Origin: Octopus vulgaris | Taxonomy: Eukaryota | Reading direction: 5' to 3' | Assembly (NCBI GenBank): GCA_951406725.2 | Contig: OX597824.1 | Span: forward strand, 37,200,001 to 37,264,000 | Length of the DNA: 64,000 bases | Shown: positions 1 through 11,929 of the stretch, in pieces | Layout of the letters: each line of letters starts with the position of its first letter | Numbering within the stretch: the stretch's first letter is position 1 | Translations under genes and position numbers: made by a program | Notes under the pieces: model-generated | What the model saw: the letters and a program-made list of their open reading frames with translations, nothing else | The model's database searches: none | Told to the model about the DNA's origin: nothing

Positions 1-59
1 AGGACTTCAAGGCAGTGATATTGGACCAAGAAGTGTATTGAGCAGACTTTGTTGCTATG

Positions 60-545
60 GCCCAGGTTGGAGCCTGGTCATAGGATAGTATATCATCTTT
101 AATCATTGGTAACTGCACAAAGGGAAAAAAAAAATCAATCGTTATTTGATCAAAGCTTCTTTGTTCAAAATTCTGTTGATTAAATTTCTGATTCCTCATT
201 GTGCTGTGGTTCTCTTGCTACCACTTCTACTGCTATTACATTGGTCTGTGCTCCTCATTGCTTCTACATTTTTATCTTGTGAAAGTTAAATTGTTTCTTT
301 CTTTTCAATTCTCAACAAACATTTTTACTATTATGTTCTGTTTCACTTTTTTTTTTCTTTCTATCCTTTATATTTTTGCAAAGCACTAACTTCCAACTTG
401 CTAAGACCCATATTAGCCATAACAAGTATCACTCACCTCTTGACTATTCTGCATAAAGCAAACCACCATTGTGTAGGAGTGGTTCTGTTTCTTTTTGGAT
501 CTGATACTAAATCTGGTTACCTACATAATTCAAAGGCAGGTGTAA
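60..545 (+). mobile_element. decayed 3' fragment of a non-LTR retrotransposon ORF2 (Jockey/CR1-group-like)
   Basis: ORF 201..389 contains CYHFYCYYIGLCSS, resembling the LINE ORF2 C-terminal motif LSLFYRYYxGxCSxEL; FKAGVN-like ending near 530-545; frameshifted. Confidence 0.4.
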
Positions 546-951
546 ATGTTTTCCAATGTGCTATATGCTATCGTTCCTCTAAATGACCTTTTTACCTTCC
601 TTAAAGATAGGAATCCCTATTGGATTGAGGTCAGCTGCTACTAATACATAATTTTGTATTATATATTGTTCCTTTGAAGTTACACATCTTTAAATTTGGT
701 TCTTATAATGACAGAAACTTTGTTTGATGGAATAAGCAGTTTCATGTTGATTTTATATGGGATTTTCAACTTCTACTTGACAATGGCCTTCATCATCATC
801 CTGATCATTTAATGTCTGTTTTCCATGTTGGCATGGCTTTGTAATATCTTAAAAAGTTATCTCTTTTGATCTTACTAAGATTATTTCAAAATGTTTCTTT
901 ACTATGAGATGTTCACATTGTATCAACATAAGTTTTTAATTTTTATTTAAG

Positions 952-1073
952 GCCTAAAAGAAAAGACTGAAGGCCTTCTCAAGCAAAGAAGTAAGAAACA
1001 GACTACAACTCCCTGGTTGGATTACCTTGACAAAGTAAAAACAAAACGGAAAGAGAAAAAATCTGCACGAAAG
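952..1073 (+). CDS. ESF1: ESF1 pre-rRNA processing factor, internal exon (upstream exons lie outside the window)
   Basis: ttttatttaag acceptor, aag|gtagtc donor; encodes GLKEKTEGLLKQRSKKQTTTPWLDYLDKVKTKRKEKK, matching ESF1 PGLKE...LTPWEQFLEKKKEK; phase 1 to 0. Confidence 0.88.
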
Positions 1074-1640
1074 GTAGTCACTTACGTTTTAGCAATTTTT
1101 TTTTTTTTTTTTTTTTACTGTTTCTTCCTCCCACGACACCATCTCAGAGAATTACATCTAGTCTGGTTAAATGAATATCAGATTGTTGACTGAAGTTTCA
1201 ACTGTTTTGTATTCCACTACCAATGCAGTGCTGCACTTTTGCTGTCGCCCAGTTAATCTCACTACTTCTGTCAGTCTATCTTTATGTAAATGTTATGCTT
1301 GGGTACAGCTGGAACAATAACAAGATCACTATACTTGACAAGTATTTTATTAGAATGCTGTGTAGTTTGTTTTCTCATTTGAAGTAAGAAAGAAAAACTA
1401 CATTGTATCATTTGAAGGAGATCTTAGATAAACAATATGACAGCCTCTTCCTCTCACATTTTATAGTTTAAAGCCCTTAAGAAACATTGGCTCTATTTTT
1501 ATGTTAGAAACTCAAATTTTTCTAGAGATAGCACCACCATTTTTTTTTTTTCCAGTTAGAAAACCCTTTGTAGGTAAAATATATACAATCTGCATTGAAA
1601 AGAGTTTCACTAGAAAGATGTAAAAGAAATAATATCTATA

Positions 1641-1810
1641 GGCATCGGAGTGGCTGTGTGGTAAGAAGCTTGCTTACGAACCACATGGTTCCGGGTTCAG
1701 TCCCATTGCGTGGACCTTGGGCAAGTGTCTTTTACTATAGCCTTGGGCCGACCAAAGCCTTGTAAGTGGACTTGGTAGGCAGAAACTGAAAGAAGCCCGT
1801 CATATATATG

Positions 1811-1864
<54 letters not shown>

Positions 1865-2062
1865 TGTGTGTCTGTGTTTGTCCCTCCAACTTCGCTTCAC
1901 AACCGATGCTTGTGTGTTGTTTACATTCCCGTAACTTAGCAGTTTGGCAAAAGAGACCGATAGAATAAGTACTAGGCTTACAAAGAATAAGTCCTGGGGT
2001 TGATTTGTTCAACTAAAGGCGGTGCTCCAGCATGGCCACAGTCACATGACTGAAACAAGTGA
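1641..2062 (+). mobile_element. tRNA-derived SINE family A (CORE-like ACCTTGGGCAAGT, internal (TA)n)
   Basis: A-box-like GTGGCTGTGTGG and B-box-like GGTTCAGTCCC; near-identical copies at 20113, 22447, 42632, 49224. Confidence 0.85.
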
Positions 2063-2682
2063 ATAGTGTGTGTGTATGTCCAATCAATTGCTCTGTGACT
2101 AGTTTATTTAATATGGTTAAATAATGTTCTTGTGATCAGGAAATGAGAATATAACCATTCATAGCAATAAGATTATTGTACAAAGTTATATGTTCAGTAT
2201 TATTTTTACTGCCAGATTTTTTTCATGTTTGATGGTATTGTCATTGTTATTTGTGGATTCCATTTGACTTGCCATGAGGAATGAAAGTCTCTCATGTCTC
2301 ATTGAGTGAGAATATGTACATATATTACAGCTTTGGTTGCCAAATTGTGACTAAAGTAACATTTCCCTATAGTCTCCATCTTTCTCTCTCAGAAGAAAGA
2401 CAACTGACTGAAACATTAGATTTTTTTTTTTTTTCATTCTTTAACTCAACTCCTTATCTACAGATTCTTTTGTGGATAAATATTTCCTGTCACAACCACT
2501 ACCCCCATTAATTTCCCTTAGATTTTATTATATTTGCTTTACTACCAAATTTGTATGTATTCATTTTTTGCCAAGATCAACATTTCCCTTTTTATATTTT
2601 CATGGTTTGAATATTATATTTCATTTGTTTTTGTCAAAGTTCTTTCATCTCTATGGCTGTTCTATTTCTTGGTTTCTTTCAG

Positions 2683-2803
2683 GCTGCTGCTAAAAAGGAA
2701 ACTTCTGAGGAGAAAACCCTGTTCAGTGATGATGATATGCCCTCTGATGTAGACTTAAACGATCCTTATTTCAGCAGTGAACTTAAAACTGACAGCAATA
2801 AAA
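2683..2803 (+). CDS. ESF1: ESF1 internal exon
   Basis: tttctttcag acceptor, a|gtgagt donor; encodes DDMPSDVDLNDPYFSSELK (ESF1 LPSDVDLNDPYF); 121 nt, phase 0 to 1. Confidence 0.92.
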
Positions 2804-3092
2804 GTGAGTTTAACTTTACTCTTTATTTTGAAATTATAAAAGAAATTCCATTGACAGTTATCAACTGGTCCATAGTTTGCGTCATTTCTTCTATTATAGA
2901 GGGACTAATAAAGATGGAGTCTGTGACTGCTAAGGTGACAGTATTGAGAAATAGTAAAAATATACTGAGCTGTAGCATTGTCAGTTTTTCACTATTGCTT
3001 GAACACTACAGAAAGAATCTGGTTGAGAAATAAGTTTGAGCAACCATGAAGTTAACTCTTTGTATTAATAAATTTTTGCTTTCACACACATC

Positions 3093-3391
3093 TATATTAA
3101 TCAAAGAGTACAGTATTGCAAATCCATAACTGACAATCCTACTGATTGGTTTCGCACAAGGACTTCAACAGAGTGTCAGGTAACAGTCCAGTTACGTAAC
3201 CCTATGCCCTTCAGAGGTAGCCATTATGGAATGATATATGGTGACTATTTCATTCCATAATAGCTACCTCTGAGGAGCGCAGGGTTACATAATCGGACTG
3301 TTACCTAACACTCCATTGAACCTCTAGTGCAAAACCAATTGGTAAGATTGGCCATAATAAATATATAATACTGTACACTTCAATTAATATA
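3093..3391. mobile_element. palindromic (fold-back) MITE of about 300 bp in an ESF1 intron
   Basis: TATATTAATCAAAGAGTACAGTATT...CAGAGGTAGCCATTATGGAATG mirrored by CATTCCATAATAGCTACCTCTG...AATACTGTACACTTCAATTAATATA. Confidence 0.8.
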
Positions 3392-3578
3392 CCCACTCTG
3401 CTGACAGATATATAAGTGCATTTTTTCCTGACTTATGGACTCTTAGATACCTTACACATACACACACACGCACACACACATTTTCTATAACTTGGGGAGA
3501 TGCTTGAAAAGGATTAAAAGAATTAACTACAAAGTTTAACATTAATTACTCATTTACTATTTAATTATTTACTTTCAG

Positions 3579-3682
3579 AATCTAAAACTCAAAAGAAAAA
3601 AGAGAAGAAAAAGAAGAAACTTGCTGAAGATAGTACTGAAAACCTGACGGAACAAGAAATCGAGCTTAAAAAACAAGAGAAG
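3579..3682 (+). CDS. ESF1: ESF1 internal exon (lysine-rich)
   Basis: actttcag acceptor, aag|gtgggt donor; KSKTQKKKEKKKKKLAEDSTENLTEQEIELKKQEK; 104 nt, phase 1 to 0, fits both neighbours. Confidence 0.85.
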
Positions 3683-4633
3683 GTGGGTTGATTCCAAAGT
3701 TCTAGAAGGGTTTACCTGAAGATTTTATTTCATAGTCTGTTGTTTTGTGTTTTCTTTCTTTGTTGACTTGGCATTAGGGACAGTCATTGAAAATCTATTT
3801 TTGTTAAAATACATTTTAATGAAAAGTATATTGGTTGCGTGACATTTCCTTGCAAAAAAAAAACAACATATTTATAACAAAAAAATCAATTTGGTAAAAT
3901 GATTGATCAAACACATAATGGATATGAAATTTACTGAAAAATACCCTAAATATTTATAAATTCTTTTAAACAACTTATAAGTTTTAAAATGATAAAAACA
4001 AAATATGAATTGAAATGTATTTTAAAAGTTATTTTTCAAGTCATCTGGGGTTTTTTTCTTTTCTTTTTTTTGAACACAGTTCTAAGTATTTCAATCATGT
4101 AATCTTATATTGATGGCGTATTGGTTGCTATTTCTAGCTGGTCAATTAATCTCGTAATTTCTCCTTTATTACCTCATGCTTTCTGATGGAGTGTTGAGTA
4201 ATCTTACGAAAAGACATTTAAAATTTTATTTTTGGTCTACTAAATTTTGAACATCAGGGATTTAGAATCTGCTGAAAATAATTTGGTTTTCATTAAAGTT
4301 TTTTTTTTCTTTTTTAAAGAAACAAAGAAACAGTAATAAAGAGTCTTTAACTAATTACATGGATATAACAAGCATGAATGAGATTGTAATTAGAAATGCA
4401 ACCACAACTATATAAACTAATAAACAAACAAAATGGTCATACTCCACAAGCAACAACTTTGGACTGTAGCCAGTCAAAATGAAAAATTGTCTCAAAGTGA
4501 AAACTTAAACCACACACATAGCAATTTCAATTTTAGAAAACTACCATCCTGACCTCTTGAAGGAAACTATCTCAAGAAATATGTAGTGCAAAGATAGCTG
4601 CAAACATGACACAAACTTCTATATCTGCATATA

Positions 4634-4915
4634 TCATCATTGTTTAACGTCTGTTTTCCATGCTAGCATGGGTTGGACAGTTTGGCCAGGGTCTGAGAAG
4701 CCAGGAGGCTGCACCAGGCTCCAGTCTGATCTGGCAGTGTTTCTACAGCTGGATGCCCTTCCTAATGCCAACCACTCTGAGTATAGTGGGTGCTTTTTAC
4801 GTGCCAGGTGAGGCTGGCAATGGCCACGATTGGTTGGTGATTTTTACGTACCACCGGCACAGAAGCCAGTCATGGCGGCACTGGCATCGGCCACGTTCGG
4901 ATGGTGCTTTTTACA

Positions 4916-4917
<2 letters not shown>
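4634..4917 (-). mobile_element. SINE family C ((GAT)n tail, GGTTGGCATTAGGAAGGGCATCCAGC core)
   Basis: related copies at about 8080-8365(+), 14330-14515(+), 17936-18125(-), 18961-19275(-), 19437-19790, 27605-27900(-). Confidence 0.75.
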
Positions 4918-4952
<35 letters not shown>

Positions 4953-4984
4953 ACCTACAGAGAACACCATTATTTTTTCATCAG

Positions 4985-5460
4985 CCCCCAAAAGAACGAA
5001 AGACAAAGTTGACCTCGATAGCATTTGAACTCAAAATGTAAAGAGCTGAGAGAAATAGCACTAAACATTTTCTCCAATGCACTTACGATTCTGCCAGCTC
5101 AACACCATAATAATTATAATTTTTTTTTACTATAGGCACAAGGTCTGAAATTTGGGAGTAAGGTGCTAGTCAATTACATCAACCCCAGTGCTCAGCTGGT
5201 ACTTATTTTATTGACCTCGAAATGATGAAAGACAAAGCCAACCATGGCAAAATAATAATGATTATGATTTCAAATTTTGGGGAGAGTATAAGTTGATTAC
5301 ATCAACCCCAGTGTTCAACTGGTACTTATTTTATTGACCCTGAAAGTATGGAAGGCAAAACTGACCTTGGTGGAATTTGAACTCAGAATGTAAAGCCAGA
5401 AGAAATGCCACTAAGCATTTTGTCCCAGCACACTAACAATTCTGTCAGCTCACCACCCTA
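4985..5460 (-). mobile_element. cluster of decayed SINE family B copies (GCCTTTCATCCTTTCGGGGTCGATAAA core, MetaSINE-like)
   Basis: repeated AACTGGTACTTATTTTATTGACCC..GAAAGGCAAA..GAATTTGAACTCAGAA motifs. Confidence 0.75.
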
Positions 5461-5545
5461 ATAATAATAATAATGATTTACTTAGTAATATTAATATGGT
5501 TGCTTATAGAGTAATTCTTGAGATGTTTGACTTTTCTTGTTGCAG

Positions 5546-5710
5546 GAAGAACTTGCTTTGCTGATGGCTGATGATAATGATAATGAGGAGAAGAGTAAGC
5601 ACCACTTTGATTTTGAAGACTATATCGAAGGAAAAAAAGTAGACAAAAAGAAAAAGTCCAAGAAGAAGAAACTGAAGCAGCAGAAATCAAAAACAGATGA
5701 TGATTTCAAG
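5546..5710 (+). CDS. ESF1: ESF1 internal exon
   Basis: ttgttgcag acceptor, aag|gtaaat donor; EELALLMADD...KHHFDFEDY...DDDFK; 165 nt, phase 0 to 0. Confidence 0.92.
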
Positions 5711-5954
5711 GTAAATATTTCTTCCTTGTTATTTTAGTTGAGTAGATTTCTGGTCAGTGACATTCCAACCATGAACATCTCATTGGTTTGGAGATATCTA
5801 TGACTACATTATCTAATGCATCCTTTTCTTTTTAAGGCAGTAGGATATGATTTGAGAGATATTTGGCTGTTGTTTCTCCTAGATTGTACAACTACATAGA
5901 GGTTCCCTCCTTGTCTTGTAAATGTCTAGTCCTGTGTCAGTATTGCTACGGCTG

Positions 5955-6015
5955 CTGTAAAGTCTGACTTTATTACAGATTCACTGTAAAGTCTGACTTT
6001 ATTACAGATTCACTG
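5955..6015. repeat. perfect 29-bp tandem duplication
   Basis: CTGTAAAGTCTGACTTTATTACAGATTCA x2. Confidence 0.9.
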
Positions 6016-6668
6016 AATGAGAGTTTCATTTATCACATCTTCTAGAAAGCTACATTGAAATTATAATCCTCTCATTTAATGTCTATTTTTCTGTGCTTGA
6101 GTCAGGCAGATTTTCTACTGCTAAACACCTTTCCTGTCACCAGCCTTTACCGGTTTCCAAACAAATGATGTTTCCTCATAGCCTGACATGTTTTTCACTG
6201 AAGACTAGAAATGGACACCGTTGCTTACATTACAGCATTGCTCATATAAACCATCATGTAATGTTGAGAAAAGGGTATACATATACACACACACACACAC
6301 ACAGCCATTTCTTTCGGAAAATACATTGTAGTTGTTTATTTTTGGGCCCAGTGAGGCTTTGAACTCAACACTACAAGCTGACCAAATACTCCTTATGTTT
6401 GTTGGCACAATTGTTTGAGTAGCACCTATGCAGGATGCCTATTTATAAAGAGCTGCCCCATTGAGAATTAAGCAGCCTGTCTTTGGTTATGCTGTACTGG
6501 AGAGGGTATAGATCATAATTATCTATATAGAGAATAAGGCATTTGGTGAGAGAGTTAATGATATATATATATAGAGAGAGAGAGAGGGAGAGTTTATGAA
6601 AAAGACAAAGACAGGTGGTGTACAAAACAAACAGATGTATTAGTATAACGCTCAGGAATAGAAAATGT

Positions 6669-6704
6669 CTTTTACGTTTCGAGCCTATGCTCTTCTACAG
6701 AAAG
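6669..6704 (-). ncRNA. minimal type-I hammerhead-like motif (A6U variant), probable Penelope-like pLTR fragment
   Basis: minus strand CUUU-CUGUAGA-A-GAGC-auag-GCUC-GAAAC-GUA-AAAG: stems I and II pair, palindromic ACGU stem III. Confidence 0.55.
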
Positions 6705-6951
6705 GGACACAGAAAAAAAAAAACAAGGAGAGAAGTATATATATATATATATCCTTTGACCAAATGCCTTATTCTCTATCAAGTTAGTTAATTATGATAT
6801 TCATAAAATGATGTGTATAGCAAAAGAAAATCAAATTTACTAATTACTGCTTTTTGTAACAAAGAACTTAATGAATTCTATCATAGAATTACTTATAATT
6901 AAGATACATGGCGCAACTTGATGTTTCTAAGACACTTTTATTTTTTTGTAG

Positions 6952-7272
6952 ATTGATGTAAATGATAAACGGTTTGAAGCAGTTTTCACGTCTGGTCACT
7001 ATAATATTGATAAATCTGCTCCTGACTATAAGAAGAGTGCTGGAATGGAGGAGTTGATTGAAGAGAAACTTCGGCGGCGCTATAACGAAAGAACACAAAC
7101 ACCCACAAAACGCAAGAATTCCAGTGGTATTTCAGGCTCTTCTGAAAATTATTCACAGATGAATGCCACAAATTCACACTCAACTGGTGAACAATCTTTA
7201 GACAGTCTTGTTCGGTCAATAAAATCAAAAGTGTCTAATTTACACAATTCTAAAAAGAAGAAAATAAAATAA
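6952..7272 (+). CDS. ESF1: ESF1 terminal coding exon (NUC153 domain)
   Basis: tttttttgtag acceptor; IDVNDKRFEAVFTSGHYNIDKSAPDYKKSAGMEELIEEK...LDSLVRSIKSK, TAA at 7270-7272. Confidence 0.95.
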   Translation: MDVNDKRFEAVFTSGHYNIDKSAPDYKKSAGMEELIEEKLRRRYNERTQTPTKRKNSSGISGSSENYSQMNATNSHSTGEQSLDSLVRSIKSKVSNLHNSKKKKIK

Positions 7273-7444
7273 TATTCCTAAAATTTATAATGGAACTTTA
7301 TTATTGGAATTTTTTAGTTGTGATGATTGTGAAATATGACAATAGCTAATTGATTTAATTAAAAAGTTTAGCTTTCTATAAAGAAAATAATTATGCTTGT
7401 CCAAATCCTTTTTTTTTTTAAGACTTCAGATTCTAACTCAACTA

Positions 7445-7740
7445 GGATGCGTCCTGTTATTTGTATGATGTGGAAGTGCCAGCTCAGACTGTTTGGCCAT
7501 ATTGCTTGATTTTTCCGAGTTAGACCCTGTTTACTGTGTTCTCTTCACTGAGGACCCAGCTGGGTTGATAGTTCATGTTGTCCAACCACATACCTCATGG
7601 TCATGGCAGATGAGGAAGTATCTCTTGGAGATGGGGACTGAGAAGGAGGACTCTGTGCAACATGTTTCCTGGGAGGACCCAAGAATATACTGACAAAAGT
7701 GGAATGCAGTGATGCACTGCAATGGCACATGCCCCCACAC
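7445..7740 (+). mobile_element. RTE-clade LINE 3' remnant
   Basis: RLFGHIA / DPVYCVLFTEDPAG / WSWQMRKYL resemble an RTE ORF C-terminus; contains stops and frameshifts. Confidence 0.5.
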
Positions 7741-9456
7741 AGACCTAGACTGAAATATTTGAAGACACTGTTAACTCTGGCCTAGCATATTTTGGGCGAT
7801 TTATGTCACTTATATTATGACCGCCATACCTTGAGAGTATGCCCTGGCACTTGCTACCATCTATCTCTCTACATCCCATTTATATCCTGATCTCCATTCC
7901 TTGTGAGTATGCTCTCTCTTGCATTCTTGCTGTCTTCTGCTCTTTCTTTCTCTCTTGCCCTTCCCTCAAGCTGGTTAGCCATGTATCTCCTTGACAGCGG
8001 CACATCTATTTCTTTCCTCATTCTCTCTCTCTCTCTCTCTCTCTGGCCGGGTAACCATGTACATCCTCTACAGCAAGATATTTGGTGACCCTGCCAGTGC
8101 TGGTACCATGTAAAAAGCATCCAGTCCATGCTGTAAAGTGGTTGGCATTTGGAAAGGCATCCAGCTGTAAAAACCATGCCAAAACTGACTTCACCTGTGT
8201 TTGTGCCATGTAAAAAGCATTCAGTCCTCTCTGCTGGGTGGTTGGTGTTAGGAAGGGCATCCAGCCATAAAAACTGTGCCAAACCAGACACAGAAGTCTA
8301 GTGCAGTCAGACTTTCCAACCAATGCCAGCATGAAAGACAGACATTAAACAATGATGATGATGAAAGTTGATCGTTACTGGTATGAATTATGGTGTAAAT
8401 GAATGATTAAAACTGAGGATGAAATATGTAAGGGAAGTATTTGAAATAACAATAGAAAACACTTTTGGGTGACTCAGTAATAATAAATGGGGGAATATTG
8501 AATCTAAACACCCCCAGAGCTGTGACCCCCTTCCAATCCTTTCTGTTTTCAGCCAGTACAAGCCTTTCTACTATAGACACAAGGCTTGACATTTTGGGGG
8601 ATGGGACCTGGTCAATCACATTGGCCTCTCTACTCAACAAGGTCAATGTATTGTTTACATTGACCCTGATAGGATGACAGGGAAAGTCAACCTCGGTGGA
8701 ATTCAAATTCAAATTTTAAAGACAGACAAAATACCACATTTTAATTGGTGTGCTGAGGTTCTGCCAGCTCACTGCCTTAGTAATAATGATGATAATCCTT
8801 TCTGCTAAAGGCACAAGACCTGAAATTTGTGGGGAGGGGGCTAGTCAATTACATCAACTCCGATGTTCACTGGTACTTATTTTATCGACCCCAAAAGGAT
8901 GAAAGGGGAAGTCCACCTAGCCAGAATTTGAACCCGGAACATTTAGATGGATGAAATGCCTTGAAGCATTCTGCCCGGTGTGCTAAAAATTCTGCCAGCT
9001 CGCTGCCTTTATAATAATAATCCCTTCTACTGTAGACAAGGCTTGAAATTATTGGGTAGGGGCTAGTTGATCACATTGAGCCCCAAAGGATGAAAGGTAA
9101 AGTTTTAATACATTTTCAAGTCAACAATGTTCATTCTTATGACCAGATTACATATCAATTAAATTTTGTCAGGGAAAAGTCTAAGATCTGTCTGGATAAC
9201 TTTATTATTATTAAGGTGGTGAGCTGGCAGAATTGTTAGCACACTGAAGAAAATGTTTAGTGGCATTTCATCTGTCTTTATGTTCTGGTATGATGAGTTT
9301 AAAGAAATTGAGAAGTTCTAGGTTATGTATTTGCTCTATTTCAGTTGAAACTTGCTCAACTTTAGCTCCTGCACAAAACCAGAAGGAATCAAACAATCAA
9401 GTATTCATTTGAAAGTTTTCTGCTTTGGACATAATACATGAGTCACCTTCCTAAGG

Positions 9457-9984
9457 TAGCTATAGAGTTTATTAAATAAATACTGCAGTTCCCCCATTGT
9501 GAAATTTATAGAATAGTTATAGATTAGTACTTCCCAACATGATTTTGCTTCCTCATAACTTTCAGAAAAGTTGATGTTTTTTTAATGAAATTTTCTAGAA
9601 ATACTTTAAAGCTGGTGTAGATTATAATTATCTCAGAATTTGATGTGAAAAAATAATGACGGGCATGCACACATACATACTGATGTATATCATATAATTT
9701 TCTTAAAATTTCAAATTTCACTGTGTATATATAGATGTGTGTGAGGGGGGAGGGCATGACAGTATGTGTGTGTGTGTTCCACTAATTTTTTCCACCCTTT
9801 AAATTCTCATATAATCGTAAGCTACAACATCTAAAACGTATTTGTAGAAAATTTCATTGAAATATAGCCATTTTTCTGAAAGTTATGAGGAAACAAAGTC
9901 ATGTTGGGAAGAACCAATCTATAACCATTCTATAAATTTTACAATGGAGGAACTGCAGTACTTGTTTAACAAACTCTATAGCTA
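9457..9984. mobile_element. MITE with long (about 180 bp) imperfect TIRs, TA-flanked
   Basis: TAGCTATAGAGTTT..TACTGCAGTTCC..CTTCCCAACATG..TTCCTCATAACTTTCAGAAAA mirrored at 9870-9984. Confidence 0.8.
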
Positions 9985-10496
9985 AAATTATGAAGAAACG
10001 AAGTCGGATGAGGGCACATTTGTGCAGACATTTTCTTAAAAAATATGCATTTTCAGGAATCAAAACCAATGGGCACCAAACTGAAGTTTTGCCAAATCTA
10101 CTCACACAAATAATAAATATTAGAAATTTATTCATTAGTACAAAATCTAATCAGAAATGTATGACTTCAATATGACCTTTGCAGGATGTCCTGAAACCAG
10201 TGTTTGATGGCATTTTATGTTCCATTTAACCCAGTGGTTCCCAACCATGTTTGTTTTTTGGCTAGGGACCCTTCTGATTCCTAATTTACTCTTCTGGACT
10301 TCCAGAGTCATTCTCTGTATAAAAGAAAAAAATCCTAATGTATTTTTATAATTAAACATCATTAAGAATTGTATAATGAAAATTTTAATATTTTGTGTGT
10401 TGTAGAAGTAGACCAATTTATTACATACAACTTTTTAACAATCAGTATTGCTTACTGCCACATCAATATGGTTGTTCTGTAGAAATCAACGTTTCT

Positions 10497-10878
10497 TTAT
10501 TGCTCACAAGGGGCTAAACATAGAGGGGACAGACAAGGAATTAAGTCAATTACATCGAACCCAGTGTGTAACTGGTACTTAAATTATTGAGCCCGAAAGA
10601 ATGAAAGGCAAAGTCGACCTCAGCGGAATGTGAACTCAGAGCGTAACGACAGACGAAATACCTATTTCTTTACTACCCACAAGGGGCTAAACACAGAGAG
10701 GACAGACAAACAGATTAAGTCGATTATATCGACCCCAGTAACTGGTACTTATTTAATCGACCCCGAAAGGATAAATGCAAAGTCGACCTCAGCGGAATTT
10801 GAACTCAGAACATAGTGGGAGACGAAATACCGCTAAGCATTTCACCTGGCGTGCTAACGTTTCTGCCAGCTCACCACC
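10497..10878 (-). mobile_element. SINE family B, partly dimeric, with 17-bp TSD
   Basis: TSD TAGAAATCAACGTTTCT at 10480-10496 and 10879-10895; tRNA-like head GGTGGTGAGCTGGCAGAAACGTTAGC...GAGTTCAAATTCC. Confidence 0.88.
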
Positions 10879-11100
10879 TAGAAATCAACGTTTCTACTGT
10901 TAATCCCGGGCGGAGCCGCCTCCGGTTGGATATGTAATCTGCACCCGATATATATTGCAAGTAAGGGAGTGAACCTCTACCATCTACTAGCAGACAGCAG
11001 GATCACCATCCTCATTGCTGAACACCCGTCCGTTAGAGATAGCACGGATTCGCTCCAGCTCATAATATATAGAAAACTAAACGACAGTCACTTAACTTGC

Positions 11101-11406
11101 AACAAGCAAAGTAGCTAGTTATAAAATTTCTATAAGAGATGAAAATAACTATATTAAGAAGTAATGTTTATGGGCACATCAATATGGCTGTTCCGTAGGA
11201 ATGGACGTTTCTACCGTTTTTGACCCTGCTTGCACTTGTACATCGGATGTAGATTGCATCGATAACTAGCTGGAGAGGCTCTTCCCGGGATTAAAAACGG
11301 TGGTAACGTCAAACAGCCATATTGATGTAGCGATAAACATTACTTCTGAGTATAGTTATTACTTTCATCTCTTCTAGTGATTTTCTAACTAGTTACTTTG
11401 CTTGTT
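11101..11406. mobile_element. MITE with about 90-bp TIRs; related inverted partial copy at about 10450-10970
   Basis: AACAAGCAAAGTAGCTAGTTA...CACATCAATATGGCTGTT mirrored by AACAGCCATATTGATGT...TAACTAGTTACTTTGCTTGTT. Confidence 0.8.
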
Positions 11407-11559
11407 TTTAAAAATTAAATCTTTTATGGACCCTCGTTGAAAACTTTAACCTGTTGCAAGTCAATACTTTACATATAAGTAGGGACGAGATTCCAGAAGT
11501 TGGTTAGATGCTCTGGGATGGATAAACTGTAGAATAGAAAACTTTTTTCGTTTTATTTC

Positions 11560-11929
11560 AGATCAAGGTTAAGTTCTGAGACATTACCAAGAGCGATGGA
11601 AGGGTCATATTCTTTATTTCTTCCGTCGGAGCAGAAGAAATACAATTAATCGTTCGTTTAATTTCTCATATTCAGAGTTCATTACTCACTTACCTCCCTT
11701 GATATTAATTGCACGCACGTTGTCTTGCTGGAGGTTATCGGACCGATTGTTTATTATATTCTTGAGGACTGTCACGTTAAGTTGACAGTATACAACCACT
11801 CTATTGAATAATTATTTTTTATTATTATATTCTTGATTATTGAATAATTTGTAATTATTTCTCATGCTTGACATGTTAATGGTTCATGGTTTGGCTTTGC
11901 TTGTTTACACGGAGGACATGATCGAAACG
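11560..11929 (+). promoter_or_regulatory. putative PRORP promoter / non-coding first exon ending at donor ACG|GTGAGA
   Basis: CpG-retaining unique sequence between ESF1 and PRORP; good 5' splice site at 11929/11930; the exon at 14762 starts with an acceptor, so an upstream exon is required. Confidence 0.4.
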
